From the IMG/VR virus record IMGVR_UViG_3300005764_000061, positions 1 to 29,791 of that record: a DNA stretch of 29,791 nt, one strand, 5' to 3'. The stretch is from a virus. Lineage: Duplodnaviria; Caudoviricetes. A model generated the notes under the pieces. That model had not been told where the DNA came from, did no database searches, and saw only the letters and a program-made list of their open reading frames with translations. This document shows, one piece after another, positions 8,261-17,179 of the stretch. The stretch's first letter is position 1; each line of letters opens with the position of its first letter. The translations under genes were made by a program, and so were the position numbers.

Positions 8261-8295
8261 GAAAGCCGCTCTCCCACGGGCGGCTTTCCTGTTTC
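8261..8295 (+). terminator. Intrinsic terminator upstream of the portal gene
   Basis: GAAAGCCGCTC-tcccac-GGGCGGCTTTC followed by CTGTTT. Confidence 0.7.
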
Positions 8296-8314
8296 TAGCG
8301 ACCTGTGCTACAAC
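8286..8314 (+). promoter_or_regulatory. Putative portal promoter (extended -10)
   Basis: TTCCTG, 17-bp spacer, TACAAC with a TGc extension; ATG 9 nt downstream and no SD. Confidence 0.5.
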
Positions 8315-8323
8315 GCTTAACCG

Positions 8324-10207
8324 ATGCCATCCATTCAAGACGTCGATCTCCCCGAAGACCAAATGGCGGAACTCGCCAAAGAGTTGATCGAGAAATTCCG
8401 GCTCGCTCAAACCGCCAGGACCACCCAGATCGATGAGAAAGCCGTACGCTGGGAAAAGAACTACGACGGCATTCCCGCCCAGGCTGTCCGCACCGTCCCA
8501 TTTCAGCGGGCCTCCAACTTCATGCCGCAACTCTCCCGCATGCACTGCGATATCCTTGGAGCTCGTCTTCTGGGATTCCTGTTCCAGACCAAGCCGTTCT
8601 GGGTGATCAAGACCTTATTGAAGGATCAAATCCCGCATGAGCAATTGGATGATCTCGGCGACGGTCTCAATTACATTTGGGAAGTCGAGCAGTCGGGATT
8701 CGAGATCTCCGATGAGATCGTCAATCTCTCCTTGCAGACCGGCACGTTGATTGTGAAAGGCATCTGGTCGGATGAAACGCGTTCCTATCTCCGTGGCGAT
8801 GCGTTTGAGGAACAACGCCTCTCCCAACTGGATTATGAGCCGGTTCCCTTTGAAGATTTCTGGCCGTTTCCCATCACTGCCAAATCCACCAAGCGTTGCG
8901 AAATCCTCTTTCACCGCATCCGGTTCACCCAGCGCGACGTCGATGATCGGAAGCGCGACGGCCGCTGGAGAACGGAAGCCGCCGACCTGCTCATGAAGGA
9001 CTCCACCATCTCCCCGACCGAGGACGCGCGTGCGCAGTCGTCGGGAATCATCCTGACCAAAGATGTGGATTATCCCTACTCGGTCATCGAGTGCTGGCTC
9101 GACTACGATCTTGCCGGTCGTCGAAAACCTATCGTGGTGGTGCTGAATCCGCAGGTCATGGGGGCGAATGCCATCCTGCGGGCCTACTACAATTTCATGC
9201 CGTACGGAGAGCGCCCTTTCGTGGATTTCGTGCCGATGAAGCGCAAAGGCTCCTTCTTCGGATACTCGGGTCCGGAAATCCTCGAACAGGATCAGGAAGA
9301 AGCCGCGCAAATCCATAACTTCCGCAGAGACGCGAACGTCATCGCGAATACGCCGACCTGGAAGAAAAAGCGATACGCGGATGTGCCCAATCCCGCCACC
9401 GACTGGTATCCGGGCGCCATCATCGAACTGGATGAAATGGACGACCTGGAGATGCTGTCCTCGCAGATCAACTACAACTCGATGATCGACGAAGAACAAT
9501 TTGTCATGAGTAACGCCGAGCGCAAACTCGGCATCTCTCCCTCCATGCAGGGATTCGGCCAAGGGCAAGCGGCGGGAAAGCGTGGCATCTATGCGACGGG
9601 AGCCACGCTTGCCTTACTGAGCGAGGGCAACCGCCGCTTCGATATTTACCTGCAGCGACTCCGTTATCCGTTGCATCGCATCGGCCGACTCACCGTTCAA
9701 AGCTACAATCAGTTCGCGCCGAACTATTTCGATAAATTTGGAGAGAAAGGCCGTGCCATTAAATCCGCGTTCGGACTCGTGGACCGGGAAGGAAAACTCC
9801 TCTTCGACCCCTCCGCCGCCACCGCAAGTACCAACCGGGAAATCGACCGACAGAACCTCCTCCAGATGGCCGGAGTTTTGGCACAGTACTACACCCAGAT
9901 CATCCAACTCTCCCAGTTGGTGGTCACGATGCCGCAAGGCAATCCGCTCTCTGGGGTTATCTTTCAGGTTCTTTCTTCTGCGCATGATCTGGCCTCGCGT
10001 ATTCTCTTCGCTTTCGACCAAGGGGATCGAGGACGCCTGGTTCCCGACGTCGCCCAACTTTTGGCAGGTCAGCCGGGAGGAGCTCCGCCCGCTCAACCGA
10101 GCCCAGTGCCAGAGGCTGCGGGAGCTGTTCAGCCATCCCAGTTGGAGAACGTACTTGCAGGCATTGCAGCTGCGACGCGTCAAGCTGGTGGACCGGGTGG
10201 CGAATGA
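8324..10207 (+). CDS. Portal protein (podovirus type)
   Basis: 627 aa after TerL; PF..ASN.F.P, GTLIVK, YEPVPFEDF, FFGYSGPE, TATG-like (ATGA) motifs; Q/P/G-rich tail. Confidence 0.88.
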   Translation: MPSIQDVDLPEDQMAELAKELIEKFRLAQTARTTQIDEKAVRWEKNYDGIPAQAVRTVPFQRASNFMPQLSRMHCDILGARLLGFLFQTKPFWVIKTLLKDQIPHEQLDDLGDGLNYIWEVEQSGFEISDEIVNLSLQTGTLIVKGIWSDETRSYLRGDAFEEQRLSQLDYEPVPFEDFWPFPITAKSTKRCEILFHRIRFTQRDVDDRKRDGRWRTEAADLLMKDSTISPTEDARAQSSGIILTKDVDYPYSVIECWLDYDLAGRRKPIVVVLNPQVMGANAILRAYYNFMPYGERPFVDFVPMKRKGSFFGYSGPEILEQDQEEAAQIHNFRRDANVIANTPTWKKKRYADVPNPATDWYPGAIIELDEMDDLEMLSSQINYNSMIDEEQFVMSNAERKLGISPSMQGFGQGQAAGKRGIYATGATLALLSEGNRRFDIYLQRLRYPLHRIGRLTVQSYNQFAPNYFDKFGEKGRAIKSAFGLVDREGKLLFDPSAATASTNREIDRQNLLQMAGVLAQYYTQIIQLSQLVVTMPQGNPLSGVIFQVLSSAHDLASRILFAFDQGDRGRLVPDVAQLLAGQPGGAPPAQPSPVPEAAGAVQPSQLENVLAGIAAATRQAGGPGGE

Positions 10208-10352
10208 GTCCGATCCGCTTTTGATCTTCCGCACGCAAGGGGCGTTGAAGGAACTCTTCATCATCGACCACATGCCCAACGAAATTGAATCGCTTGACAA
10301 ATTATTAGAGCAAGGCGAAAAATTGCGGACCATGCATAAGGATCTCGAATAG
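9984..10352 (+). CDS. Small conserved head-module protein overlapping the portal 3' end (start uncertain)
   Basis: LFSHPSWRTYLQAL...LIFRTQGALKEL resembles the small protein commonly found between portal and scaffold; its stop overlaps the scaffold GTG. Confidence 0.55.
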   Translation: MIWPRVFSSLSTKGIEDAWFPTSPNFWQVSREELRPLNRAQCQRLRELFSHPSWRTYLQALQLRRVKLVDRVANESDPLLIFRTQGALKELFIIDHMPNEIESLDKLLEQGEKLRTMHKDLE

Positions 10353-11065
10353 TGGCGGACGCGATCTACGACAAAGCGGATCGTACCGCGATCGAGGATG
10401 ATCTGCCGCCGGAGTTGAAAGGCAAGTCGCCGAAAGAGATCATCGAGCACTACGAACGCCGCGAAGCCTTGATGCAAGAACGCCTGCGCCAGCGCGAGTC
10501 CACTCCTCCTCCGAAAAGAGAAGAACCCGTCGATGACAAGATCGACATGTTCAACGATCCTGCGGGTTCTGTCGATCGCGTCGTCACGCGCAAAGTCAAT
10601 GAGCGCGTCGCTCAGTTCGAGCAGCGCGTCTCCCAGAATGCCGCTCCGGCCATCATCAATTCCTGCCGGCTCGCTCTTCGCGATCGCTATCCCGACTACA
10701 TGCGCTACGCGAAAGAAATCGATCGGCGCATGGGAACCTTCACCCCGGAAGCGCAGATGAATCCCGACTATTGGGACTACACCTACAAACTGGTGAAGGC
10801 TGATGCGGTAGATTCCTTAGTCGAAGAAGCGCGCGCGGATGAACGTTCAAAAGCGAATCCTGTGGAACGCTCCCGGCCTGCATCCTCGAAGCCGGTACCA
10901 CCGCGCGAACTTTCCGAAGAGGAAGTCACGGTTGCCGGAAAATTCGGCATGACGAAGGACGAATACCGCACGGCCTCCGACCGCTACAATTCCACCGACG
11001 GCGCATTGCCGCTGACGATGGATAACCGGAATCGCCGGCGCAAGAAACAAGAGGCTCCGAAATGA
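10352..11065 (+). CDS. Capsid scaffolding protein
   Basis: LPPELKGKSPKEI, charged helical sequence, C-terminal LSEEEVTVAGKFGMTKDEY typical of these scaffolds; gene order fits. Confidence 0.75.
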   Translation: MADAIYDKADRTAIEDDLPPELKGKSPKEIIEHYERREALMQERLRQRESTPPPKREEPVDDKIDMFNDPAGSVDRVVTRKVNERVAQFEQRVSQNAAPAIINSCRLALRDRYPDYMRYAKEIDRRMGTFTPEAQMNPDYWDYTYKLVKADAVDSLVEEARADERSKANPVERSRPASSKPVPPRELSEEEVTVAGKFGMTKDEYRTASDRYNSTDGALPLTMDNRNRRRKKQEAPK

Positions 11066-11520
11066 GCGAGCCGACCCATACTGAAGAACCCCGCATGCTC
11101 ACGCCCGAAGAACGGGCACTCCGCTATGAAGAGTTACGTCGACGTACGGCGAGATCGCGTATCTTTGCCCGTTGCCGCAATGCGGCCATTGAGGTGAGGT
11201 GGATTCGCAAAGACGATCCCACCGATATCTCGTTCCATAAATGGCTGGGCTTCAAACTCGCTTCGGAACCGAATCCCAAAGCGCCCGAAGACAGACGGCG
11301 TTTTGAGACGGCGATTCCTCCCAACGAGGATGGAACCTATACCTGCGGTGATGTGATTCTGTACGAGATCCCGAAGGACGACTACGACTTCTACCTCAAT
11401 CAGAACCGCGCGACGGCCAACTCGATGATCGAGAACGGACAGAGAGCTTTCCGTTCCGAAGCGGAAAAGTTGGAAGTCACGACGTTCACGCGCGATAAAT
11501 CCGGACAGAAAATCGGGTAA
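11062..11520 (+). CDS. Conserved head-module hypothetical protein
   Basis: RWIR...GDVILYEIP motif; lies between scaffold and capsid genes. Confidence 0.7.
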   Translation: MSEPTHTEEPRMLTPEERALRYEELRRRTARSRIFARCRNAAIEVRWIRKDDPTDISFHKWLGFKLASEPNPKAPEDRRRFETAIPPNEDGTYTCGDVILYEIPKDDYDFYLNQNRATANSMIENGQRAFRSEAEKLEVTTFTRDKSGQKIG

Positions 11521-11547
11521 TCCCGCACTCCACACAAAGGACACGCC

Positions 11548-12132
11548 ATGGCTGGTACGCAGACGGCGCCTGTTCCCTTCACCGTTTTCAAAATCATCCA
11601 GGCCTCCGACTCGCTGCCCACCGTGCAGCGATTACCGGAGAAAGCGGCGTTGACCATCAAGCGTGGAACGCCGGTCTTCCTGTCTTCCGGCTACATCATC
11701 GAGCGCACCGCAATCTCCTCGGTGGCGACCGCCATCGTTGCCGGAATTACCGGTGAGCCTGGACACAATCTGACTGCGGACGGCACCGCGCAGGGCGGCA
11801 TGACCTACGGCTCGGTGCAGAACCAGCCAGCCGCGGTCAATATCGCCATCGGCTCTCCATTTGCCGACGGCAATATCGAGGTCATCGAAGCCATCGATGA
11901 AACCATCTTCCGGGGCAAAACCGATGCCGCGCATACGGTCGCGGTCGCGGATATCTTCGCCCAGTACGGCTTGACGAAAGATGCGACCTCCGGCCTCTGG
12001 TTCGTGGATACCACGATTGTCACCGCCGCCACGGGGACGTGTGTGGAGGTGATGGAGTTGATTGAACCCGGTGTGGTGGGCGGACAGGTGGCGTTCCGCT
12101 TCACGAAAGCGGCGCAGCAGGGCTTTGTATAA
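11548..12132 (+). CDS. Capsid decoration/cement protein
   Basis: Beta-rich, IKRGTPVFL motif, directly upstream of the major capsid gene. Confidence 0.65.
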   Translation: MAGTQTAPVPFTVFKIIQASDSLPTVQRLPEKAALTIKRGTPVFLSSGYIIERTAISSVATAIVAGITGEPGHNLTADGTAQGGMTYGSVQNQPAAVNIAIGSPFADGNIEVIEAIDETIFRGKTDAAHTVAVADIFAQYGLTKDATSGLWFVDTTIVTAATGTCVEVMELIEPGVVGGQVAFRFTKAAQQGFV

Positions 12133-12141
12133 GGAGGATCG

Positions 12142-13041
12142 ATGGCGACTTCACGTGGTGCGTTTGCTCAATTGCTCGCTCCGGGTCTGCACGACGTCAT
12201 CTTGAATGACCTCGACATCCAGCCGGAAGAGTACTCCCAGATTTTCAATGTCGGTCCCTCCTCCCGAGCCTATGAAGAAGAAGTGCTCATGGCCGGACTT
12301 GCGGCGGTTCCGACAAAGCCGGAAGGCGAAGTCCTCAAAATGGACGACCCGATCCAAGGCGGATCTGCCCGGCTCATCCATCAGTCCTACGCGCTCGGAT
12401 TTCAGGTGACGCGTGAGATGTATGGCGACGATCAGTACGGCAAGATCAAGCAGGTCTCGACCGACTTCGCCGCCTCCATCAAACAGACTGTCGAGACAGC
12501 TCCCGCCAATATCTTGAACAACGGCTTCAATGCTGGCGCGGGCGCGACGATCTCGATCGACGGCGTGACCCTGTTCAATACCGCGCATCCGTTGCTCGGC
12601 GGTGGTGTTTACTCGAATCGCGCGAGCACGGATATTTCGCTCTCGATCTCGGGACTTCAAGAAATTCTGTTGCTGTTCGAGAGAATGGTGAATGAACGCG
12701 GTTTGATCAAGAGAAGTATTCCGGTGCAGTTGATCATTCCGCCCGATCTTCAGTACATCGCGGGTGAAATCCTGAACTCCGCCTACAAACCCGGTGTGGG
12801 GACGAACGAAGTGAACGTCATGCAGGGACGGCTTGAGCCGATCATGAACCATTATCTGGTCAGTAAGACGGCTTGGTATGTCTCGGGACAGCGGCATTTC
12901 CTGCAGTTCTTCTGGCGCGAGCAGCCGATGTTCGATAACCAAGATGACTTCTTCACCAAGGGAATGAACTTCTCGACGTTCTTCCGGTTCTCGACTGGGG
13001 CATGGTACTGGCACGGCCTGGCCGGTAGCAGAGGTGCCTAG
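12142..13041 (+). CDS. Major capsid protein (HK97 fold, Mu gpT-like)
   Basis: Strong TAAGGAGG RBS; LLAPGL, KPEGE, YALGFQVTRE, DGVTLFNTAHP, LIIPPDL, W.GLAGS.GA motifs. Confidence 0.92.
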   Translation: MATSRGAFAQLLAPGLHDVILNDLDIQPEEYSQIFNVGPSSRAYEEEVLMAGLAAVPTKPEGEVLKMDDPIQGGSARLIHQSYALGFQVTREMYGDDQYGKIKQVSTDFAASIKQTVETAPANILNNGFNAGAGATISIDGVTLFNTAHPLLGGGVYSNRASTDISLSISGLQEILLLFERMVNERGLIKRSIPVQLIIPPDLQYIAGEILNSAYKPGVGTNEVNVMQGRLEPIMNHYLVSKTAWYVSGQRHFLQFFWREQPMFDNQDDFFTKGMNFSTFFRFSTGAWYWHGLAGSRGA

Positions 13042-13337
13042 TGGCGAATCAACTCGCCGCCAATCCGTGGTTGATCGATACGCCGTCGGCCACGCCGATC
13101 TATCTGGGAACCATGCACGCTGTCCAGATCGAGTACATCGACTACACGGCCGATACCGATACGGTGGAAATCCAGGATCGGGACGGTCGCGTAATCGCCC
13201 TCTTGAATGGAGCCGTCGATCTCCGCACCGTGCGGACGGGGCGCATGGGCTGGGTGTACGGGCTGAAAGTCCCCATCACCGATTCGTTGTCCCGAGCCAA
13301 CATGGCTCACGGGCGTATCCTCGTCTACTTCGAATGA
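13041..13337 (+). CDS. Small beta-rich virion protein, paralog 1
   Basis: 98 aa; aligns without gaps to 13382..13678. Confidence 0.8.
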   Translation: MANQLAANPWLIDTPSATPIYLGTMHAVQIEYIDYTADTDTVEIQDRDGRVIALLNGAVDLRTVRTGRMGWVYGLKVPITDSLSRANMAHGRILVYFE

Positions 13338-13381
13338 ACGCCATGATTACCGTAATGTTGGCATTCTAATGGAGGGGCCAG

Positions 13382-13678
13382 ATGTCCAATCGGATGACCG
13401 CAAGCCCCTTCAAGATCGATACGCCGCAAGCCACCGTCCTCTACCCGGCCCAGATGCAGATCGAGCGCATCGATTTCGTCGGCTATGTGTCCTCGGCCCA
13501 AGGCGTCGAAGTCCAGGATAAATTCGGCAATCCTATCTGCTTTCTGCGCGGCCTGGTCTCGACGGAAACCATTTCTTCCGGTCGTGTGGGTATCGTGCAA
13601 GGACTGCTCGTGCCGGTGACCGATTCCTTCGGGAACCCGAATCTGCAAGGCGGCATGATTCTGGTCTACTTCACTTGA
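13382..13678 (+). CDS. Small beta-rich virion protein, paralog 2
   Basis: 98 aa; GGAGG RBS; shares IDTP, VE.QD..G, GL.VP.TDS and ILVYF with paralog 1. Confidence 0.8.
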   Translation: MSNRMTASPFKIDTPQATVLYPAQMQIERIDFVGYVSSAQGVEVQDKFGNPICFLRGLVSTETISSGRVGIVQGLLVPVTDSFGNPNLQGGMILVYFT

Positions 13679-16407
13679 AAGCAAAATTTGCATTTTTTGC
13701 ATTCCTTGCATTCCTCTTGCTGTTTCTGATGTCCGGGCCAGCACTGGCTCAAAACATCACCGCACAAGGCACCGTCACCATGAATGCCACGACGGCGGGC
13801 CAAGCCTCCAATCCGATCGATCTCCGCAATACCGGCACGACATCGATTTCGTTCACCTGGAATACCAATGCTCCCGTGACGGCCGGCGCCTGCGGCATGC
13901 AGAAGGCCGATGCCAATACCGGACCATGGACGGCGTTTGGCCCGACTGCGACCGTGACGGCTTCGGGTGGTCCCCTGACCGCGATGATGGTCGTCAACTT
14001 CATGCGGTTCCAGTGCTCCACCGCGATTACCGGAACCGGCAATGTCGGCTTTCGCTATGTCGGCACCTTATCGACGACGACAGGAACGGGTTCCGATGTG
14101 AATGTCACCAACCCGTCGCTCGTCGTCACGCAATCGACCGCGAGCGCCTTGAATGCGACGGTCACCGGCACGATCACCGCGAATGCCGGTACGGGATTTG
14201 CCGGTGTCGGCCAGGGTTCGACGACCGCGGGTCAAGTCGGCAATCTTCTGCAATGCGCGGCCACCACCGCCGCTCCCACCTATACGACGGGCACGACGAA
14301 TCCCTGCTCGGTCGATACGTCGGGAGGACTCCGCGTCTCGGGAATTGCCGGAGGCGGCGGCCTGGCCCAAGGCTCGATGACGGCCGGCCAGCTCGGTACG
14401 CTCATTCAAGCGGCGGCCACGACGGCGGCTCCAACCTACACGACGGGAACCACGAACCCCTTGAACACGGATTTGACCGGCGCGCTCCGCGTCAATGTGG
14501 TGGCCTCGGTTGCGGGAGGCGGTGGCGGCACGTCGTCGAATTTTACGGCGGCTTTCCCGTCGGCCGGAACCGCAGCGGGATTCTCCGATGGCGTCAACAT
14601 GCAAGGGGCTCGCGTCTTCGATGTCGATTCGGGTGCGGGCGTTCAATATGTTCAAGGTGTCAATCTGCGCGCGAGCGGTGCCGGAGGCTCGACCGAGATC
14701 GGCATTGCGGCTGCACCGCTTCGCGTCGATCCGACAGGGACGACGACTCAACCCGTTTCCGGCACCGTGACGGCAAATGCCGGTACCGGCAACTTCACCG
14801 TTATCCAGCCGACGTCGGCGAACCTGAATGCCACGGTTGTTCAGACGACGGGAACCAATCTTCATGTCGTGGTCGACTCGGCACCAACGACAGTCGTCTC
14901 TGGGACAGTGACTTCGAACGCCGGGACCGGCTGGTTTTTAAACCAGGGTTCCACGACCGCCGGCCAAACGGGATCGCTGTCGATGTGCGCCGTCACGACC
15001 GGGGCACCGACCTACACCACCGGACAGACGAGTCCGTGTTCAGTCGATACCACGGGAGCCTTGCGGGTTACCGGCACCGCTGGCGGCACGGCGTCCTCCT
15101 TCACTGCGGCGTTCCCCGCATCGGGCACCGCAGCTGGATTTAACGATGGCACCAACATGCAGGGCGCGCGGGTGTTCGATGTCGATTCCGGCGCGGGCAC
15201 GCAGTATGTGCAGGGCGTCAATCTTCGATTGACCGGGAACGGCGGTTCGGTGGAATTCGGCACCGCAACGGCTCCCATTCGTGTCGATCCCACCGGCTCG
15301 ACAACCCAGCCCGTCAATGGAACCATCACCGCCAATCAAGGAACGGGTGGCGCCTCACCGTGGTTGGTCACTTCCGGTGCGGTGACATCCACGACCACCA
15401 CCATGCAGAATGCCGTCACCGCGACCGGGAACGGTACCGTGTTGAATGTGGACGGTCAGGCCGTCGCCCATTTGACGGGTATCTGCAACGTGAGCTGCGC
15501 GGCCACCACGTCCGTGATCACCCTGGAAGCCCAGAATGACGGAGCCAACTTTGTGGCGGTCTACGGCACCATCGACAACTCCAACACGATTGCATCGACA
15601 TTCAATCTGACAGGTACCGCTGCCGTCGGTATCTCCGTTCAACTTCATGGCGAAAAACAGTTGCGTGCCCGCGTCTCTACCTATGGCGGGACCGGGCAAC
15701 TGACGGTCGTGGGCACGACCTCGGCTGCAGCGGGGAATCCCCCGGCGGTCGTCAACGCGAATGTCACCAACACGACGTTTAACTCCAACATCACAACACT
15801 AGCGGGCCAACCCATCGATACCAATTCCGGTGGACTCACGGCTGGGACACAGCGTGTCGTGCTGACGACGGCTCAGCCGAATTTGACGACACCGCTGAAT
15901 GTGTCGCTTGGCACGACGACTTCGAATTTTAATCTCACCCAACTGAATGGTACCGGTATTACCGCGATCGGCACAGCGCCCAACGGCAAGCTGGCCATGG
16001 CCACGTTCGACTCTCTCGGCAATCCCATTACTGCGGTGACCAACCCATGCGATGGCACCTTGACAACGCTGGTTGCGGGCAGCGTCACCGCCGATACACA
16101 GATCATCACCACTCCTGGTGCAGGCATCAGACGTTTCTACTGCTCGATCGCGATCAACAACGGTAGCGCTTCCAATGAAAACGTATCGATTGTCGAATCC
16201 ACAACCGGTGGCGGCACTTGCACGACAGCACCGTCGGTCGTCTGGGGCTCCACGACCGATGCCAATGGCTGGCTGGTCACCTCGAACGGTGGCGGCTTTA
16301 TCTCCGAAACGCTGAAACAAGGTCCGCTCACCAACGCGGCCACCTGTTTGAAAGTCAACACGGGCGGTTTGCAAATTGATTATGTGATCACGTACGTGCA
16401 GCAATGA
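13675..16407 (+). CDS. Signal-peptide-bearing fibre-like repeat protein, 910 aa
   Basis: MKAKFAFFAFLAFLLLFLMSGPALA/Q; T/G/A-rich; internal repeats; QPVSGTVTAN fibre motifs; LEAQNDGANF jelly-roll-like segment; 12 Cys. Confidence 0.85.
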   Translation: MKAKFAFFAFLAFLLLFLMSGPALAQNITAQGTVTMNATTAGQASNPIDLRNTGTTSISFTWNTNAPVTAGACGMQKADANTGPWTAFGPTATVTASGGPLTAMMVVNFMRFQCSTAITGTGNVGFRYVGTLSTTTGTGSDVNVTNPSLVVTQSTASALNATVTGTITANAGTGFAGVGQGSTTAGQVGNLLQCAATTAAPTYTTGTTNPCSVDTSGGLRVSGIAGGGGLAQGSMTAGQLGTLIQAAATTAAPTYTTGTTNPLNTDLTGALRVNVVASVAGGGGGTSSNFTAAFPSAGTAAGFSDGVNMQGARVFDVDSGAGVQYVQGVNLRASGAGGSTEIGIAAAPLRVDPTGTTTQPVSGTVTANAGTGNFTVIQPTSANLNATVVQTTGTNLHVVVDSAPTTVVSGTVTSNAGTGWFLNQGSTTAGQTGSLSMCAVTTGAPTYTTGQTSPCSVDTTGALRVTGTAGGTASSFTAAFPASGTAAGFNDGTNMQGARVFDVDSGAGTQYVQGVNLRLTGNGGSVEFGTATAPIRVDPTGSTTQPVNGTITANQGTGGASPWLVTSGAVTSTTTTMQNAVTATGNGTVLNVDGQAVAHLTGICNVSCAATTSVITLEAQNDGANFVAVYGTIDNSNTIASTFNLTGTAAVGISVQLHGEKQLRARVSTYGGTGQLTVVGTTSAAAGNPPAVVNANVTNTTFNSNITTLAGQPIDTNSGGLTAGTQRVVLTTAQPNLTTPLNVSLGTTTSNFNLTQLNGTGITAIGTAPNGKLAMATFDSLGNPITAVTNPCDGTLTTLVAGSVTADTQIITTPGAGIRRFYCSIAINNGSASNENVSIVESTTGGGTCTTAPSVVWGSTTDANGWLVTSNGGGFISETLKQGPLTNAATCLKVNTGGLQIDYVITYVQQ
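14212..15348 (+). repeat. Intragenic protein repeats arranged A-A-B...A-B
   Basis: Repeat A (QGSTTAGQ...APTYTTG...GALRV, about 42 aa) at about 14212, 14368, 14944; repeat B (SSNFTAAFP...QGARVFDVDSGAG...RVDPTG.TTQPV.GT, about 85 aa) at about 14533 and 15094. Confidence 0.9.
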
Positions 16408-17147
16408 AAAAACTCGTATTCTTTCTACTGCTCCTTTGTCCGTTCCCGCTTCAGGCTCAGATCGCCCGTGATGCGACCGCCCAAGGTCCACCTGACGGCA
16501 ACTCCGGTTCCGGACCGATCTCGTGGACGCACACCACAGCTGGAACAAACCGATTCGGGCTGGTGGTCATTGCAGGAGATTTAAATACTGGCGTGGATGA
16601 CGTGACTGCCGCTGACGTCACGTGGGGTGGCGCAGCCGTGACGCTTGTGGCGAAGAATACGGCAACTTTGAATCGGTTCCTCTATCTCTTCTACATCATT
16701 GCGCCAGCCACGGGTTCGCAGACAATTGCCGTGGCCAGTAAAACGCACTATCTGCTCGGTGTGTCGGCATCCTATACGGGTGTGGCGCAGGTGTCGCCCA
16801 TCGATGCGACGGCAACGAATCAAGGAGGCCCAACCATCCTCACTCTCACCACGATGTTGACGACAACCGTCGCGAATGACTGGACCATCCTTGCCGAGGA
16901 TTCCTACGACGGCAATGCCCCACCAGCAGCCGGTACTGGATCGAATCTCTGGATATCGGCGTCGATGTACGGAGATCCTTCCTTCTTTGACAGCATGGGC
17001 ACCGTCTCCACAGGCTCGGTATCCATGACGACGACGCGTACCAATGGGAGCAAGATTGCCCACGTGATGGCGGCGATCAAACCGAATGTGGCTGGTCCTG
17101 CCGGACCGCCTGCAGGAACTTTAACCGTACTAGGAGTTGGCCGATGA
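16404..17147 (+). CDS. Signal-peptide-bearing beta-sandwich protein with a C-terminal LTVLGVG tail
   Basis: MKKLVFFLLLLCPFPLQA/Q; ISWTHTTAGTNR..LVV, SYTGVAQ.SPID; Pro/Gly linker before the terminal motif. Confidence 0.82.
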   Translation: MKKLVFFLLLLCPFPLQAQIARDATAQGPPDGNSGSGPISWTHTTAGTNRFGLVVIAGDLNTGVDDVTAADVTWGGAAVTLVAKNTATLNRFLYLFYIIAPATGSQTIAVASKTHYLLGVSASYTGVAQVSPIDATATNQGGPTILTLTTMLTTTVANDWTILAEDSYDGNAPPAAGTGSNLWISASMYGDPSFFDSMGTVSTGSVSMTTTRTNGSKIAHVMAAIKPNVAGPAGPPAGTLTVLGVGR

Positions 17148-17179
17148 CGCGAAGCGTGAGCGCGATAGCGCGAAACATC

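Noticed and set aside
8196-8387. 63-aa ORF in the terL-portal gap
   Set aside because: No RBS, and it runs through a terminator and the portal promoter; a non-coding interpretation fits better.
13926-15143. 405-aa alternative-frame + strand ORF
   Set aside because: Arg/His/Asp-rich frame shadow of the Thr/Gly-rich fibre repeats.
14212-15348. Possible DGR template/variable repeat pair
   Set aside because: The copies are in-frame protein repeats differing at all base types, largely at synonymous sites, and there is no reverse transcriptase in the window.
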